In this document: piece after piece, positions 62,751 to 64,000 of the stretch | Numbering within the stretch: position 1 is the first letter of the stretch | Layout of the letters: each line of letters starts with the position of its first letter | Assembly: GCA_043228905.1 (NCBI GenBank) | Contig: JBHGNT010000010.1 | Span: 5,642,001-5,706,000 of the forward strand | Length of the DNA: 64,000 bases | From: Azolla caroliniana | Lineage: Eukaryota; Plantae; Polypodiophyta | Direction: 5' to 3' | Notes under the pieces: model-generated | Database searches by the model: none | What the model was told of the DNA's origin: nothing | What the model saw: only the letters and a program-made list of their open reading frames with translations | Position numbers and translations under genes: made by a program

Positions 62751-64000
62751 TGGAGAAATGCCAAATCTTCAGATCAAACTATCAGAGCCTTAAAAAAAGG
62801 CTCCCCTCCCCTAATTAAAAGTTTATCAGATTTAACATCAGTACTGTGATTTTCGGTGGAAAGGGTAGCACAGAGACAGTATTACTAAGAGCAAAAACTA
62901 GAGTAACTTTGTTTTTGTTTTTTTCATCCATCGAATGAATTTGCCATGGGAAAAGCTGAAATTCCTAATTATTGCCGACCTTATCCGGAGGCGATGGCTA
63001 TCTCATCTCTTCCTATCTCTGTCTGTATATCAAAGAAGCGGTGACTGAATGATTGGTAACCGATTCGATGGATAGATAATTGGAAATAGAAGGCTACTAC
63101 TTACCTTCCAAACAAATTGTTCATGGATAATCGGAAAGAACAGAGGAGGAAATATATCGACAATTGGAGTGAAAGATTAATAAAGAAAGAATTGCTCTGT
63201 TTCCCTTTCCACCTCTGAACAGATTTTGTTCCATCTCCGTTGCTATTATTATTATTATTATTAACATTTATCCTTTCATTTAAAAACAAAGCAATTAATC
63301 CAACACAATTTGAAGTAAAACAAAAAATTTAAAAAAATTTCAAATATACATACATATCTCTCTTTTTTTTAATTGTTTTTCTCTCAGAATTTTTTTTTTC
63401 TTTTTATTTCTATTCAATTAGAATTTATATAAATATCTATCTCTGCGTAAAAGAATTTACTCTTTTTTTTTGTTTTATTTTATATCCAATTTTTAATTTC
63501 AAGACTTTGAAAACAAATCCTACATATGTCTGATTTTTAGTTTTGTTTTTTCGGATGTAAAAATTCCTTTATTTCTATCTATTAGAGTTTCATTACATAA
63601 ATATCTATCTCTGGGCTCTGTTTTTTGTATTTTTATTATATATTTAAATGTGATATTGCTTTTTTGTTACTAAATTAGCGTTTGATTTTATTCATTTCGT
63701 GTTAAGGGATGTTCTTTTGGCGGCCTTAATTCTATTTATTTATTTTTCTATCGCTTCTCTTTGCCGCTTGGCACCTTAAAAATAGATTAAATAAAAATAA
63801 AAGCTATTATTTAAATAATTGTTTACTTAAAAAAATTTCTACCCCAGTTTCCTCTGTGTGTATCAGAGAAGCAAACCAAACGATTCTCCTTCACTCTTTT
63901 AAAAAGCTCCATATAAGATTAAAATTAAATTAAATCAAATTAATTAAGAAAAGAAACCCCCCAAATTTCTGCTTCTGCTTCTTCTTCAGTCAATTCTAGG

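Overview
Land-plant genomic DNA; the TE families suggest a seed-free plant such as a fern or lycophyte (inference). There are three zones. (1) 1-~39.3 kb is a nest of LTR retrotransposons up to four layers deep, reconstructed from TG..CA ends, PBS/PPT signals and target-site duplications (TSDs). An old Copia (A, +) hosts Copia B (-), a Gypsy-type LTR end at 789-950 (itself hit by Copia Z), a Gypsy-type solo LTR (G) and Gypsy H (-). B hosts young Copias C and D and a pol-less Gag-only Gypsy derivative F. H hosts young Copia E. (2) After a 100-N gap lies an intact 11-exon ABCB (P-glycoprotein) gene, 42083-47957, 1342 aa, followed by a hAT MITE. (3) AT-rich decayed DNA contains two 5'-truncated LINEs and tandem arrays. 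Most notable: all four insertions of the FLDD-type Gypsy lineage sit at 4-bp sites centred on CG; F looks like a tRNA-Trp-primed, Gag-only dependent of that lineage; and Copia E has a ~236-codon open extension bracketed by two identical polypurine tracts. Letter names are my labels, and all comparisons were made by eye.
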